DNA from: Chloroflexota bacterium
Lineage (GTDB): Bacteria > Chloroflexota > Chloroflexia > QHBQ01
NCBI GenBank assembly: GCA_043754535.1
Contig: JAYUUN010000009.1
Coordinates: 1 to 61,539 of the forward strand
DNA length: 61,539 bases
Direction of reading: 5' to 3'
The notes beneath the pieces are model-generated. The model worked only from the letters and a program-made list of their open reading frames with translations, was not told where the DNA came from and ran no database searches. This document shows positions 48,594-58,915 of the stretch, piece after piece; the stretch's first letter is position 1, and each line of letters starts with the position of its first letter. A program made the translations under genes and the position numbers.

Positions 48594-50099
48594 TTACTTG
48601 CTGCTGCTGCTGCGAACGCTATCGCAACCTTCGACGATCTGATAGCTGCCATCCTGCTGGCGGGCGATGTTGTGCGCCTTGCCAGAGGTTGGGGCGGGGG
48701 CAAGCTGACCCTCGCGCAGGTAGGGATGGTCGCTGGCGACGGCATTGCTGCCCTCGTGCTTACCCCAAACCACGCTGTCGACCAGGCCGCCGCTAGCATC
48801 AAGTAGGCCCACGCCGCCCCCTTCGAGGCGCATCTGGCCGCCACCCTGTTCGCCCATGCGGGCATCCGGGGTAGCAGGGCAGTCGTAGTCGTTGCCTATC
48901 AGCAGGTAGTGACCGCCCGCCGGGATGATCGTGTCGCTGGCCCACTTGTGCAGGGTGGGGCGCACGGAGGGCTTACCACTGGCCGCCCGATAGTAGAGTT
49001 GGTAGCCATTGAGGTTAACTTCGTTGTCAGTGCCGTTGTAGAGTTCGATGAACTCGTCGTCCTTGCCGTTCGGCCCATCCACGCGGATTTGGCTGATGAA
49101 CAGGCCGCCAGTCAGCTTCGGCATCGCCGTTGCGCCGCTAGTGCTGCTCAGTTCGGCGGGGCTGGCCTGGATGAAGCTAGCCAGGTCGGGGTCGAGGTCG
49201 GCAGCCATCGTCGGCACTTCAGCCACCACAGCCGGGGCTTCTACTTCAGCCGCAGCCGTCGGGGCTTCAACAGCCGGGGCTTCTGCTTCAGCCTCAGCCG
49301 TCGGGGCTTCTACTTCAGCCACCACAGCCGGAGCTTCTACTTCAGCCGCACTCGTAGCAGTCAGGGCTTCAACAGCCGGGGTTGCAGTTACCTGCGTCTC
49401 AGCGGTGGGGGTAGGACGAGCCTTCTTCGGCTTGTCGGAGGCAGCACTCTGCTCCTTCTTGGAGCTAGCCTGCTGCTCCTTCTTGCCAGTGGCAGCCTGC
49501 TGGCCCTTCTTGCTGGTGGGTGCCGGGGTTGCCTCTTGGACGGGGGCATTGGCGGCAGCCTCAGCATCTGCTGCGGCCTTCGCTGCTGCCTCTACCGCTG
49601 CCTCCTCCCGCTTCTGGCGGCGGAGGCGGCGGTTCTCAGTATCGGCGTGTTCCAGTTCGGTAGCAGTGCCACCAGCAGCCTGGATTTTCTGCATCGCGCC
49701 CGCAGTGAAGGCGTGCGCGCTGATATTCATGGGGCGAGTCAGTTCGCCGCTGCCCAGTACCTTGAGTGGGCGATCTGCGTGCTGCGCCCAGCCCAGGTCG
49801 TGCAACAGGGTCGGGGTAATCTCGTCGGTGTCCAGTTCGCTCAGGCGATCCAGGTCCACCGTGTCATAGCGGGTAGTAAACAGACTGTTGGTGAAGCCCA
49901 CGCCCCGCTTGTAGGGCAGCGACTTGATCAGCTTGTTTTGTCCGCCTTCAAACCAGGGCTGGATATTGCCGCCAGTTCTGGCCTTCTGGCCCTTTTGACC
50001 GCGCCCCGAAGTCTTACCTCTGCCGCTGCCATCGCCGCGACCAACCCGCTTGCGCGTCTTACCTGCCCCATAAGGGGCGGTTAGCTCGTGTAGCTTCAC
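48594..50099 (-). CDS. rplO: 50S ribosomal protein L15 fused to a low-complexity linker and a lamin-tail-like domain (501 aa)
   Basis: aa 1-149 L15 (KRVGRG.GSG.GKTSGRGQKGQKAR, FEGGQ, KVLG.GEL, KI.AAGG); aa ~330-500 LFISQI..DEFIELYN...VNLNGYQL..IPAGGHYLL..L.D..G..VDSV.WG; canonical position between rpmD and secY. Confidence 0.9.
   Translation of the reverse strand: MKLHELTAPYGAGKTRKRVGRGDGSGRGKTSGRGQKGQKARTGGNIQPWFEGGQNKLIKSLPYKRGVGFTNSLFTTRYDTVDLDRLSELDTDEITPTLLHDLGWAQHADRPLKVLGSGELTRPMNISAHAFTAGAMQKIQAAGGTATELEHADTENRRLRRQKREEAAVEAAAKAAADAEAAANAPVQEATPAPTSKKGQQAATGKKEQQASSKKEQSAASDKPKKARPTPTAETQVTATPAVEALTATSAAEVEAPAVVAEVEAPTAEAEAEAPAVEAPTAAAEVEAPAVVAEVPTMAADLDPDLASFIQASPAELSSTSGATAMPKLTGGLFISQIRVDGPNGKDDEFIELYNGTDNEVNLNGYQLYYRAASGKPSVRPTLHKWASDTIIPAGGHYLLIGNDYDCPATPDARMGEQGGGQMRLEGGGVGLLDASGGLVDSVVWGKHEGSNAVASDHPYLREGQLAPAPTSGKAHNIARQQDGSYQIVEGCDSVRSSSSK
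49214..49381 (-). repeat. Tandem coding repeats (AEVEAPAVV / AEVEAPT) in the L15 linker
   Basis: Recurrent + strand units such as CAGCCGGGGCTTCTACTTCAGCC. Confidence 0.85.
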
Positions 50100-50326
50100 T
50101 GCATTGCCTCCTCAGTGCCGATCTCCTCGACATGGACGAGGTGGGCCACCGTCGCTACCATACCACGCACCATCGGAGAATCTTGCTTGACCACAGTCTG
50201 ATGAATCTTGCGGATGCCGAGGGCCACCAGGGTGCGCCGCTGGTTCTCCAGCCGCCCCGCAGAGCTACGCACCTGGGTGATCCGTAGCTGCTTGCCACTA
50301 CTCTGCTTTTCGTTATTAGCGTCCAC
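50096..50326 (-). CDS. rpmD: 50S ribosomal protein L30
   Basis: [34 protein letters not shown] after GGAGG. Confidence 0.95.
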   Translation of the reverse strand: MDANNEKQSSGKQLRITQVRSSAGRLENQRRTLVALGIRKIHQTVVKQDSPMVRGMVATVAHLVHVEEIGTEEAMQ

Positions 50327-51143
50327 GATTACCTCCACCACCACCAGCAGCACCACCAGGGCGACCGCCACGCGCACCACCAGGGCCGCCACGACCGCCG
50401 CCAGGGCCGCCACGACCGCCACCAGGGCCACCGCGACCACCAAAGCCAGTGCCAGTGCTACCAGTGCCAGTACCACCAGTGCCAGTACCGCCGCTATCTT
50501 CACCTTCGCCACGCCGACCGCCGCGACCGCCGCGACCGCCGCCACGCTGGTCATTGCGCCCGTTGCGGGGCCGCTCCAACCGCTCGTCGCCAACCGCAGG
50601 GGCAGTAGCAACCGGGGCGTTGGGGTCAACCTTGACCCGCGCTCGCCGCGCCATCTCCTCAACCGGGAGGCCACGCAGTTGCGCGATCTCGTCGGAAGTG
50701 CGGAGGGTTTGCAGGGCGTTGAGGGTAGCCCGCACCACGTTGACCGGGTTGTTGTTGCCGAGCGATTTGGTTAGCACATCCTTGATCCCAGCAGCTTCGA
50801 GGACAGCACGCACGGCACCGCCCGCGATCACGCCCGTACCAGGCGAGGCGGGGCGAAGCATCACCTTGCTTGCGCCAAAGCTGACGATCACATCGTGAGG
50901 GATCGTCGTACCGACCATTGGCACCTGGATCAGGTTCTTCTTCGCGTCCTCTACACCCTTGCGGATCGCGTCGGTCACTTCAGCCGCCTTGCCCATACCC
51001 GCGCCGACGATACCACGACCGTCGCCCACGACAATCACCGAGCTAAAGCTGAAGCGGCGACCACCCTTGACCACTTTGGAGACGCGGTTGAGTTGTACCA
51101 TACGCTCTTCCAGTTCAAGCCTGGTTGCGTCAATTCTTGCCAT
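50316..51143 (-). CDS. rpsE: 30S ribosomal protein S5 with long Gly/Arg-rich C-terminal tail (275 aa)
   Basis: [27 protein letters not shown]; tail GGRGGRGG...GTGTGGTG...GGRGGPGG. Confidence 0.97.
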   Translation of the reverse strand: MARIDATRLELEERMVQLNRVSKVVKGGRRFSFSSVIVVGDGRGIVGAGMGKAAEVTDAIRKGVEDAKKNLIQVPMVGTTIPHDVIVSFGASKVMLRPASPGTGVIAGGAVRAVLEAAGIKDVLTKSLGNNNPVNVVRATLNALQTLRTSDEIAQLRGLPVEEMARRARVKVDPNAPVATAPAVGDERLERPRNGRNDQRGGGRGGRGGRRGEGEDSGGTGTGGTGTGSTGTGFGGRGGPGGGRGGPGGGRGGPGGARGGRPGGAAGGGGGNRGR

Positions 51144-51305
51144 GTTGTACCTTTCGTCATGCCTGGCACGGGCCATCTGGCTGGCGCGCCAAAGCCTGGT
51201 TGGAACCAGCATCCTTTCTGCCGTCGGACGAACGACAGAGCAGAGGTAGTGCTGGCAGATCGTCACCCCTTGACTGCCACCTCCTCAAGGGAAGCGGGCT
51301 GGGGG

Positions 51306-51674
51306 TTAGAAGTCGAGGCCACCTTCGCGTGCGCCGTCGGCTAGAGCCTGGACGCGCCCGTGATAGAGGTAGCCACCGCGGTCGAAGGCGATCTTGCTGA
51401 TGCCCTGGGCGACAGCCCGCTCGGCGAGTGTGCGCCCGACGAGGGTAGCAGCTTCGGTCTTCTTCATGCTAGCGGTCTGCCCACGCAGAGCCGGTTCGAG
51501 CGAGTTGGCGGCCACGATGGTGTGGCCCTGTACGTCGTCAATAATCTGCGCATAGATGTGTTCGAGGCTGCGGAACACATTGAGGCGGGGACGCTCTGCT
51601 GTGCCGCTCACCTTCGAGCGCACGCGGTCGTGGCGCATCTTGCGCGGTGACTTGAGGTAGTGGTTACGCTTCAC
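51306..51674 (-). CDS. rplR: 50S ribosomal protein L18
   Basis: [33 protein letters not shown]. Confidence 0.98.
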   Translation of the reverse strand: MKRNHYLKSPRKMRHDRVRSKVSGTAERPRLNVFRSLEHIYAQIIDDVQGHTIVAANSLEPALRGQTASMKKTEAATLVGRTLAERAVAQGISKIAFDRGGYLYHGRVQALADGAREGGLDF

Positions 51675-51797
51675 TGCTTGCTCCTTGCGCGGCTGGGTGG
51701 GCCAGGATAGTCACTGCTTAACCAGCGCGTCTTGTTTGTTGGCGATAAGTAGAGCAACAGGCTTTGGCCTACCACGCTACTTACTGCCGATTGCCAG

Positions 51798-52349
51798 TTA
51801 CTTCTTAGCGGCCTTGCCAGCCTTGCCAGCCTTGCGCCGAATCTTCTCGCCACTGTAGGCGATACCCTTGCCCTTATAGGGTTCGGGTGGGCGGATGCCG
51901 CGCAGCTTGCTGGCGATCTCACCAACCTGCACCTTGTCGATGCCCTCAACCCGCAGGCGGGTAGGGGTGTCAACCACGAAGCTGATGCCGTTGGGCGGCT
52001 CAACCAGGGTCGGGTGGGAGAAGCCAGTAAAGAGGATCAGGTTGTTACCTTGCTTGACGACGCGGTAGCCCACACCCGTGATCTCCAACCCACGGCTGTA
52101 GCCAGTGGTAACGCCGATCACCATGTTGCTGATCAGGGTGCGGGTGAGGCCGTGCAACGAGCGATGCTTGGTGCTTTCGCTGGGCCGCTCAACCACGATC
52201 TGGCCGTCCTGCTGGGTGATCAACAGATCACTATTGAAGGTAGCGGCTAGCGTCCCCTTCGGCCCCTTGACCGTCAGCGCATTGCCCTCAGCGATGGTGA
52301 CAGCCACCTCTTTCGCCACCGGGATCGGCTTGCGACCAATACGAGACAT
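51798..52349 (-). CDS. rplF: 50S ribosomal protein L6
   Basis: MSRIGRKPI, GVGYR, RPPEPYKGKGI. Confidence 0.98.
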   Translation of the reverse strand: MSRIGRKPIPVAKEVAVTIAEGNALTVKGPKGTLAATFNSDLLITQQDGQIVVERPSESTKHRSLHGLTRTLISNMVIGVTTGYSRGLEITGVGYRVVKQGNNLILFTGFSHPTLVEPPNGISFVVDTPTRLRVEGIDKVQVGEIASKLRGIRPPEPYKGKGIAYSGEKIRRKAGKAGKAAKK

Positions 52350-52376
52350 AATTCTTTCTCCTTATCCAGCTACGGC

Positions 52377-52775
52377 TTAGTAGACGTAGCAGAGGACTTC
52401 GCCGCCGACGTGCTTACGCCAGGCATCGTGGCCGGTCATGATCCCTTGCGGGGTCGAGAGGATGGCAATACCAAGACCACCGAGGACGATAGGGATGTCT
52501 TTGTGTCGGGTGTAGACGCGCAGGCCCGGCTTGCTGATGCGACGCAGGCCACTCATTACCGGCTTCTTGTCGGGGCCATACTTCAGCCAGACGCGGATGG
52601 TGGGGTGTTCAGCATCGGGTGGGAAATCGAAATCCTGGACGTAACCCTCGCGCTTGAGGATTTGGGCGATGGACTCCTTCATCTTGGAGGCCGGGATCAG
52701 CACGCTTTGGTGGCGAGCCATACCAGCGTTGCGGATGCGGGTCAGCATATCTGCAATGGGGTCGGTAACGTTCAT
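52377..52775 (-). CDS. rpsH: 30S ribosomal protein S8
   Basis: [30 protein letters not shown]. Confidence 0.98.
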   Translation of the reverse strand: MNVTDPIADMLTRIRNAGMARHQSVLIPASKMKESIAQILKREGYVQDFDFPPDAEHPTIRVWLKYGPDKKPVMSGLRRISKPGLRVYTRHKDIPIVLGGLGIAILSTPQGIMTGHDAWRKHVGGEVLCYVY

Positions 52776-52935
52776 GTGTAACCGAGTCTCCTTAATCTTC
52801 TCTGGGGAACAAAGGTTGCTCCCCGACAAATCGTAGCTACTGGCACTGCCGGAGCGGTCAGTGCTGTTCAGCCCCCTCGCTCCTGCGCTCCCTACCACGG
52901 GCGGTGGTGGGTAGGATGGGGGTACGAGGGTCAGT

Positions 52936-53121
52936 TTACCAACTGGACTTGACCACGCCGGGCAGTTGACCCTTGAGGGCCATCTCGCGGAAGCAGATGC
53001 GGCAGAGGCCAAACTTGCGGATGTAAGCGCGAGGGCGGCCACAGATGTTGCAGCGGTTGTAGCCACGCACGGCAAACTTGGGGGTGCGCTGCTGCTTGAC
53101 GATCATTGACTTCTTAGCCAT
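52936..53121 (-). CDS. rpsZ: 30S ribosomal protein S14, Zn-binding type Z
   Basis: 61 aa, RCNICGRP...LCRICFRE. Confidence 0.97.
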   Translation of the reverse strand: MAKKSMIVKQQRTPKFAVRGYNRCNICGRPRAYIRKFGLCRICFREMALKGQLPGVVKSSW

Positions 53122-53138
53122 GTGTCTCTCCTCTGGGT

Positions 53139-53681
53139 TCAGCGGCGGAACGGCATACCGAGCAGTTGCAGCAGGCGGCGGCCTTCTTCGTCGTTGCGGG
53201 CGGTGGTGACGATGCTTACTTCCATGCCGCGCAGCTTGTCGATCTTGTCGTACTCAACTTCGGGGAAGATGAGTTGCTCCTTGAGGCCGAGGGTGTAGTT
53301 GCCTCGCCCGTCAAACGCCTTGGGCGACACGCCGCCGAAGTCGCGGATACGGGGCAGGCTGGCATTGAACAGGCGGTCGAGGAACTCGTACATCCGCGCC
53401 CCGCGCAGCGTAACCATCGCCCCAATCGGGTTGTTCTCGCGCAGCTTGAAGGTAGCGATGCTCTTTTTGGCGCGGGTGACGACGGGACGTTGGCCGGTGA
53501 TCATCTGCAAGTCGCCAACGGCAGCATCAATCGCCTTCGAGTTCTGCAAGGCCTCACCAATGCCGATGTTGACTACTACTTTGGTGATGCGTGGCACCTG
53601 CATGACGCTGCTGAAGCCGAACTCCTTCTTCAAGGTGGCAACAACCTCGTTGTCAAACTTTTCTTTCATCCGTGGAGGCAT
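53139..53681 (-). CDS. rplE: 50S ribosomal protein L5
   Basis: [24 protein letters not shown]. Confidence 0.98.
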   Translation of the reverse strand: MPPRMKEKFDNEVVATLKKEFGFSSVMQVPRITKVVVNIGIGEALQNSKAIDAAVGDLQMITGQRPVVTRAKKSIATFKLRENNPIGAMVTLRGARMYEFLDRLFNASLPRIRDFGGVSPKAFDGRGNYTLGLKEQLIFPEVEYDKIDKLRGMEVSIVTTARNDEEGRRLLQLLGMPFRR

Positions 53682-53782
53682 TATGTTCTCCTTCTGCGTG
53701 TAGGCTATCCACCCCGGTTGGTGGTGGAGCTTTACACTCGGTCAGGAACGCAGCGGCAGGCGGGTTGCGCTTGCCCTGTGCG

Positions 53783-54133
53783 TTACTGGCGGTCGTTCAA
53801 CTGTTCATCTTCGAGAAGCAGGCCGTTGGCATCATGCCCGCCGTGCAGCATACGCACTTTGGTGCCATCAGTGAGGAAGGTGTAGCCCACGCGCCGGGGA
53901 CGGTTGTACTTGGGCGAAACGATCATTACGTTGGAGCAATCTAGCGCGGCTTCCAGTTCGATAATCCCGACCTGGCGGGCGTTGCGGATACCCTGGCGGC
54001 GGTGCCGCTTGACGATGTTCAGACCTTCGACGATCACCTTGCTCTTGGCAGGCAGGGCTTGCTTGACCTTACCGCGCTTGCCCTTGTCCTTGCCAGCGAT
54101 GATCTCGACCTGATCACCCGTGTGGATTTTCAT
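53783..54133 (-). CDS. rplX: 50S ribosomal protein L24
   Basis: GDQV.II.GKDKGK.G.V, VEGLN.VKRH, SNVM. Confidence 0.96.
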   Translation of the reverse strand: MKIHTGDQVEIIAGKDKGKRGKVKQALPAKSKVIVEGLNIVKRHRRQGIRNARQVGIIELEAALDCSNVMIVSPKYNRPRRVGYTFLTDGTKVRMLHGGHDANGLLLEDEQLNDRQ

Positions 54134-54163
54134 CCTGTAGTTCCTCCGAGGTCGCCTGCGAAG

Positions 54164-54535
54164 CTAAAGAACTTCGGGGGCGAGCGAAATAATCTTCATG
54201 AACTGCTTGTCGCGCAACTCACGGGCGACGGGGCCAAAGATGCGCGTCCCCATCGGGTTGTCGGTGCTAGAGTTGAGGATCACGGCGGCGTTCTCGTCGA
54301 AGCGGATGCGACTACCATCGGGCCGGGCGTATTCCTTGCTAACACGCACGATCACCGCCCGCACCACGTCGCCCTTCTTGACTTGGCCGCCAGGGGTAGC
54401 CTGCTTGACAGCGGCCATGATCACGTCACCGACGGTACCATAGCGGCGGTAGCTGCCGCCCTTGACCCGGATGCACATGATCACCTTCGCGCCGGTGTTG
54501 TCGGCTACGCGTAGCCGGGTTGTCTGCTGGATCAT
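54164..54535 (-). CDS. rplN: 50S ribosomal protein L14
   Basis: [28 protein letters not shown]. Confidence 0.98.
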   Translation of the reverse strand: MIQQTTRLRVADNTGAKVIMCIRVKGGSYRRYGTVGDVIMAAVKQATPGGQVKKGDVVRAVIVRVSKEYARPDGSRIRFDENAAVILNSSTDNPMGTRIFGPVARELRDKQFMKIISLAPEVL

Positions 54536-54541
54536 TGTTGT

Positions 54542-55081
54542 TTACCTCTTCTTCGCCTTCGCCTTCGCCTTCGGGCGGGGGGCGGGGGTGGCAGCGGTGG
54601 CGGCCTTCGTGGGGTTGGCGATGATGTCACGCGACTGCTGGAGGATGGCGGCCAACCGCCAGCTTTTCTCCTTGCTGATCGGGCGGCATTCTTCGATCCG
54701 CACGATGTCACCAGCGTTGGCCTGGTTGTGTTCGTCGTGCGCCTTAAACTTGCGGGTCAGGCGCATGGTCTTCTTATAGATACGGTGCTTCTTCAAGTGT
54801 TCGACAGCAACCACGATGGTCTTATCCATCTTGTTGCTAAGGACGCGGCCAACCTTGACCTTGCCACTCTCCCGCTCCTGTACGCTGACGCGGTGGGCGT
54901 GAGGGGTGGCAGCCACTACCTCGGCGGCAATATCCGGGGCGGCCTCGCTCATCGCCTGGTCGGGCGAAGGCACGCTGCTGCTCTCGTCAAGCGGCAAAAC
55001 CGCTGGGGTCTGCACCTCACCGCCTGCGCCCACGTTCGGGTCAGCCTCGATGAAGTCCTGGTTCACATTCTCGTCTGCCAT
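54542..55081 (-). CDS. rpsQ: 30S ribosomal protein S17 with N- and C-terminal extensions (179 aa)
   Basis: G.V.SNKMDKTIVV, KFKAHDE.N, GD.V.I.ECRPISK; GAGGAG before ATG 55081. Confidence 0.95.
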   Translation of the reverse strand: MADENVNQDFIEADPNVGAGGEVQTPAVLPLDESSSVPSPDQAMSEAAPDIAAEVVAATPHAHRVSVQERESGKVKVGRVLSNKMDKTIVVAVEHLKKHRIYKKTMRLTRKFKAHDEHNQANAGDIVRIEECRPISKEKSWRLAAILQQSRDIIANPTKAATAATPAPRPKAKAKAKKR

Positions 55082-55139
55082 GTTACTCCTCGTGTGGTGG
55101 GCGCAAGCCTCGCGCCCCGACAGTACTGCCCAGCAGGGC

Positions 55140-55385
55140 CTAGCTGTTCTCGTCCAGGCCACTGGCGTGCTGCGCCATCAGTTCGCTCTCGCGCAGAATA
55201 GTCTTCATGCGGGCAATATCGCGGCGCACCTCTAGGATGCGACCGTGGTTCTTCAGCTTGCGGGTGGCAAGCTGGAAGCGCAGGTTAAAGAGTTCCTGGT
55301 GCGCATCATTGATATTCTGCGTCAGTTCCTCGTTGGTCATTCCGCGCATCGTTTCGCGCTTCTGCGCATTGGTCTTCTCGGCCAT
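55140..55385 (-). CDS. rpmC: 50S ribosomal protein L29
   Basis: ELFNLRFQ.AT, VRRDIAR.KT. Confidence 0.96.
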   Translation of the reverse strand: MAEKTNAQKRETMRGMTNEELTQNINDAHQELFNLRFQLATRKLKNHGRILEVRRDIARMKTILRESELMAQHASGLDENS

Positions 55386-55448
55386 TGTTCGTTACCTCTC
55401 TAGCCACCCCCCTTGCGCCCCCAACTGAGCGCGGGCAAGGAAGGAGAT

Positions 55449-55970
55449 TTAGGCGTTGTCCTCGCTTGTCCCTTCAGCATCCTCGCTGCCAGGGAGCGGT
55501 GGGCGGCCAGTAGCCCGCTTGGTACCCATGAAGCGGGGATCAAAGGGGGTATCATTACCTGACTCGACGCGGCTAACGATCTTGGTCTTGATCGGCAGCT
55601 TGTGACCAGCCAGCCGCATCGCCTCGCGCGCCTCAACCTCTGGCACGCCCGCGATCTCAAAGAGGATGCGCCCCTCCTTGACCACGGCCACCCAGTGGTC
55701 GGGTGCGCCCTTGCCTGAACCCATGCGGGTCTCGGCGGGTTTGGCGGTCATCGGCTTGTCAGGGAAGATACGAATCCAGACCTTACCGCCACGCTTGGTG
55801 TAGCCGACGATGGCGCGGCGGGCAGCCTCGATCTGGCGACCGTCCATCCAGATCGTCTGCAAGGCTTGCAGGCCGAACTCACCGAAGGCCACCGTGGTGC
55901 CGCTGTAAGCACGGCCACGCGACTCGCCGCGATGCGTCTTGCGGAACTTGGTGCGCTTGGGCATCAACAT
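55449..55970 (-). CDS. rplP: 50S ribosomal protein L16 with C-terminal extension
   Basis: [33 protein letters not shown]. Confidence 0.98.
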   Translation of the reverse strand: MLMPKRTKFRKTHRGESRGRAYSGTTVAFGEFGLQALQTIWMDGRQIEAARRAIVGYTKRGGKVWIRIFPDKPMTAKPAETRMGSGKGAPDHWVAVVKEGRILFEIAGVPEVEAREAMRLAGHKLPIKTKIVSRVESGNDTPFDPRFMGTKRATGRPPLPGSEDAEGTSEDNA

Positions 55971-56030
55971 GGTAAAACACTCCTAATCATCGTATGGGCC
56001 AGAGCTACGCCCCGGCTAGGCTGCTTGCCT

Positions 56031-56747
56031 TTACGCAGTAGCGGGGTCTGTAGTCGCCTCGATCAGGTCGGCAGCACGGCCAGTACCCTCACGCCGTGGC
56101 TCCGGACGGAAGCTCTCGCGGGCAGGCAAGACATCACCCTTATAAATCCAGACCTTCACGCCAATCCGCCCGTAGGTGGTGCCAGCGTGGTAGATCGCGT
56201 AGTCAATATCAGCGCGGATGGTTTGGGCTGGGATGCGGCCATCCTTCTCCAGGGCGGTGCGGGCGATCTCGGCCCCGGCCAGACGGCCACTGCACTTGAC
56301 CTTGATCCCCTTGGCCCCCAGGCGCATGGCGCGGGTAACAGCCTGCTTCATCGCCCGCTTGTAGCTGATCCGCTTGCTTATCTGATCGCCGATGCTCTCA
56401 GCAACCAGGTAGGCATCCATTTCGGGCTGGCGGATTTCGTTGATGTTGAGGCGAACCTTCTTGCCGCTCATCGTCTCCAAATCCTTGCGGAGTTGGTCGA
56501 CGGCCTGGCCGCCCTTGCCTATCACTATGCCCGGCTTGGCGGTATGTAGGGTTACGTCAACCTGGTTGGCCGAACGCTGAATCTCAACCTTGCTCACGCT
56601 GGCATTGGCAAGCAAGCGCAATACCATGCGCCGAATCTTACTGTCTTCCAGTACCAGTTGCGCATAATTCTTCTCAGCATACCAGCGCGACTGGAAGTCC
56701 TTGTTGATGCCGAGGCGGAAACCGATGGGGTTAACTTTGCGGCCCAA
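56031..56747 (-). CDS. rpsC: 30S ribosomal protein S3
   Basis: [29 protein letters not shown]. Confidence 0.98.
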   Translation of the reverse strand: MGRKVNPIGFRLGINKDFQSRWYAEKNYAQLVLEDSKIRRMVLRLLANASVSKVEIQRSANQVDVTLHTAKPGIVIGKGGQAVDQLRKDLETMSGKKVRLNINEIRQPEMDAYLVAESIGDQISKRISYKRAMKQAVTRAMRLGAKGIKVKCSGRLAGAEIARTALEKDGRIPAQTIRADIDYAIYHAGTTYGRIGVKVWIYKGDVLPARESFRPEPRREGTGRAADLIEATTDPATA

Positions 56748-56748
56748 A

Positions 56749-57087
56749 CTATACCTCTCTCTCTGCTACCACGACGGTGATGTGGCTCATATACTTCATG
56801 ATGCGGTCGGCCTTACCACGAGCGCGGGGCATAAACCGCTTGAGGGCTGGCCCCTTGTCGGCGTAAATCTCGGCTATGTAGAGGTCGGCAGGGTCGAGTT
56901 GGTGGTTGTTCTCGGCATTGGCGATGGCCGAAGCGAGGCAGGCGCGCACATCGCGGGCTGCATACTTCGGCAAGAACTTGAGGATGTCCATCGCCAGCAA
57001 CACGGGCTTGCCGCGTACTACGTCCACTACCAGCCCGACCTTCTGCGGCGAACTGCGGACGTATTTGGATACAGCACGTACTCTCAT
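56749..57087 (-). CDS. rplV: 50S ribosomal protein L22
   Basis: [26 protein letters not shown]. Confidence 0.97.
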   Translation of the reverse strand: MRVRAVSKYVRSSPQKVGLVVDVVRGKPVLLAMDILKFLPKYAARDVRACLASAIANAENNHQLDPADLYIAEIYADKGPALKRFMPRARGKADRIMKYMSHITVVVAEREV

Positions 57088-57169
57088 TAAAAGAAACTCC
57101 TCGTAGGCGTATCGCCTTCACCTGCCCTTGCTCCCCTAGACAGAGAGCAAGCACTGGCTAGCGACGTAA

Positions 57170-57451
57170 CTACTTCTTGGTAACGCGGTCGGTGTGGCCG
57201 CCATGACCCTTGAAGAAGCGGGTCAGGGCGAATTCGCCGAGCTTGTGGCCGACCATGTTCTCGGTCACATAAACCGGCACGTGGCGGCGGCCATCGTATA
57301 CGCCGATGGTGTGACCGAGCATCTGCGGGAAGATAGTAGAGGCCCGCGACCAGGTTTTCAGCACCTTCTTGGTGCCAGTGCGGTTCATGTCCTCGATCTT
57401 CTTCAGCAGCCGCTCCTGAACGAACGGCCCCTTCTTACTTGAACGACTCAT
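57170..57451 (-). CDS. rpsS: 30S ribosomal protein S19
   Basis: [24 protein letters not shown]. Confidence 0.98.
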   Translation of the reverse strand: MSRSSKKGPFVQERLLKKIEDMNRTGTKKVLKTWSRASTIFPQMLGHTIGVYDGRRHVPVYVTENMVGHKLGEFALTRFFKGHGGHTDRVTKK

Positions 57452-57662
57452 CTTGGCTCCTCATGCTAAACCCCCGCCATCCTCCGGCTGCATAGGGGAG
57501 GTTGGTGGGGGTGCGAGACTCCACCATCTCCCTCCTGGCTTGCGGACAAGCTGGTTAGGGGTACGGGGGCAGGACACAGCACGATATTATACCGTATCCA
57601 GCCACCATATTGCCAGTTTTTGTGACTAAAGGGCGGAAGTTAGCCGCCCCGCCGCCAGTATG

Positions 57663-58490
57663 CTACTTCTTGGTGCGCTTGCGGACGATCATGTTGTCGG
57701 TGCGCTTGTTGTTGCGGGTGCGGAGACCCATTGCGGGCTTGCCCCACTTGGTCTGCGACACGCCACCAGCAGGGGCGCGGCCTTCTCCACCACCGTGCGG
57801 GTGATCGCGGGGGTTCATGACCGTACCACGCACTTCAGGCCGTAGCCCCATGTGGCGGGCGCGACCAGCCTTGCCGATGCTCTCGTTCTCGTGGTCAAGG
57901 TTGCCGACCTGCCCAATCGTCGCCATGCAGTTGACGTGGATCAAGCGTACTTCGCCAGAGGGCATCCGCACCTGGGCATAGACATCTTCGCGGGCGATCA
58001 ACTGTGCGCTGGTGCCTGCGCTGCGGACAAGCTGACCGCCGCGACCGGGCTGCATCTCGATGTTGTGGATCACAGAGCCGAGCGGGACATTGCGGAGCGG
58101 CATACAATTGCCCACCCGAATCTCGCTGCCCGCCCCACTCTGGATCGTGTCGCCGACCTTGAGGCCACTGGGAGCGAGGATGTACCGCTTCTCGCCGTCG
58201 GGGTAAAAGATGAGGGCAATACGGGCCGAGCGGTTCGGGTCGTACTCGATAGTCGTCACCTTGCCGGGGATGCCTATCTTGTTGCGCTTGAAGTCAATGA
58301 TCCGGTAGAACCGCTTCTCGCCGCCACCACGGTGACGAGTAGTAATCTTACCCTGGTTATTGCGGCCCGCAGTGCTTTTCTTGATAACGAGCAGCGACTT
58401 CTCTGGCTTGGAGGTGGTAATCTCCTCGAAGTTGCTGACCGTCATCGTCCGCACACCGGGCGAAGTGGGCTTAAAACTCTTGAGTGCCAT
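57663..58490 (-). CDS. rplB: 50S ribosomal protein L2
   Basis: [28 protein letters not shown]. Confidence 0.98.
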   Translation of the reverse strand: MALKSFKPTSPGVRTMTVSNFEEITTSKPEKSLLVIKKSTAGRNNQGKITTRHRGGGEKRFYRIIDFKRNKIGIPGKVTTIEYDPNRSARIALIFYPDGEKRYILAPSGLKVGDTIQSGAGSEIRVGNCMPLRNVPLGSVIHNIEMQPGRGGQLVRSAGTSAQLIAREDVYAQVRMPSGEVRLIHVNCMATIGQVGNLDHENESIGKAGRARHMGLRPEVRGTVMNPRDHPHGGGEGRAPAGGVSQTKWGKPAMGLRTRNNKRTDNMIVRKRTKK

Positions 58491-58615
58491 TGCTATCTCC
58501 TGTTACGCCGCAGCCAGCGGGGGGTATTGCCTGCTGGGTGCAGAGTGGTTAGCGGGCGGACAGGTTTCCGCCCATAAGTTGAGTAGTTAGTCGGCAGCCC
58601 GCAAGCTGCGGCTGG

Positions 58616-58909
58616 CTAGACTTCCTCGAAGGCTTCGATGCGCTGCCCTGGGAGCAGAGTGACGATTGCCTTCTTGATCGGGCTGCTGAAGCCAGCCCGA
58701 CGGCTGGTGCGGCGGGTGCCGCGTGGCTTGGCCGGCAGGCGCACAATATTGACCTTAGTCACATTCACGCCGAAGATGGTTTGCACTGCTTCTTTGACCA
58801 TCGCCTTGTTCGCGTCCATAGCGATCTGGAAGACGTACTTGCCCTGGGCCATCAGTTGCGAGTTCTTCTCGGTCAATACTGGGCGGCGGATAACTTCGTA
58901 GATGTTCAT
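58616..58909 (-). CDS. rplW: 50S ribosomal protein L23
   Basis: PVLTEK, ANK..VKEAV..IFGV.V.KVN, KKAIVTL. Confidence 0.97.
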   Translation of the reverse strand: MNIYEVIRRPVLTEKNSQLMAQGKYVFQIAMDANKAMVKEAVQTIFGVNVTKVNIVRLPAKPRGTRRTSRRAGFSSPIKKAIVTLLPGQRIEAFEEV

Positions 58910-58915
58910 GGTTGG

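Noticed and set aside
52776..53075. N-terminal extensions of S8, L30, S5, Adk, S4 and L21 as drawn in the ORF track
   Set aside because: Upstream-most start artefacts; RBS and homology support the downstream starts
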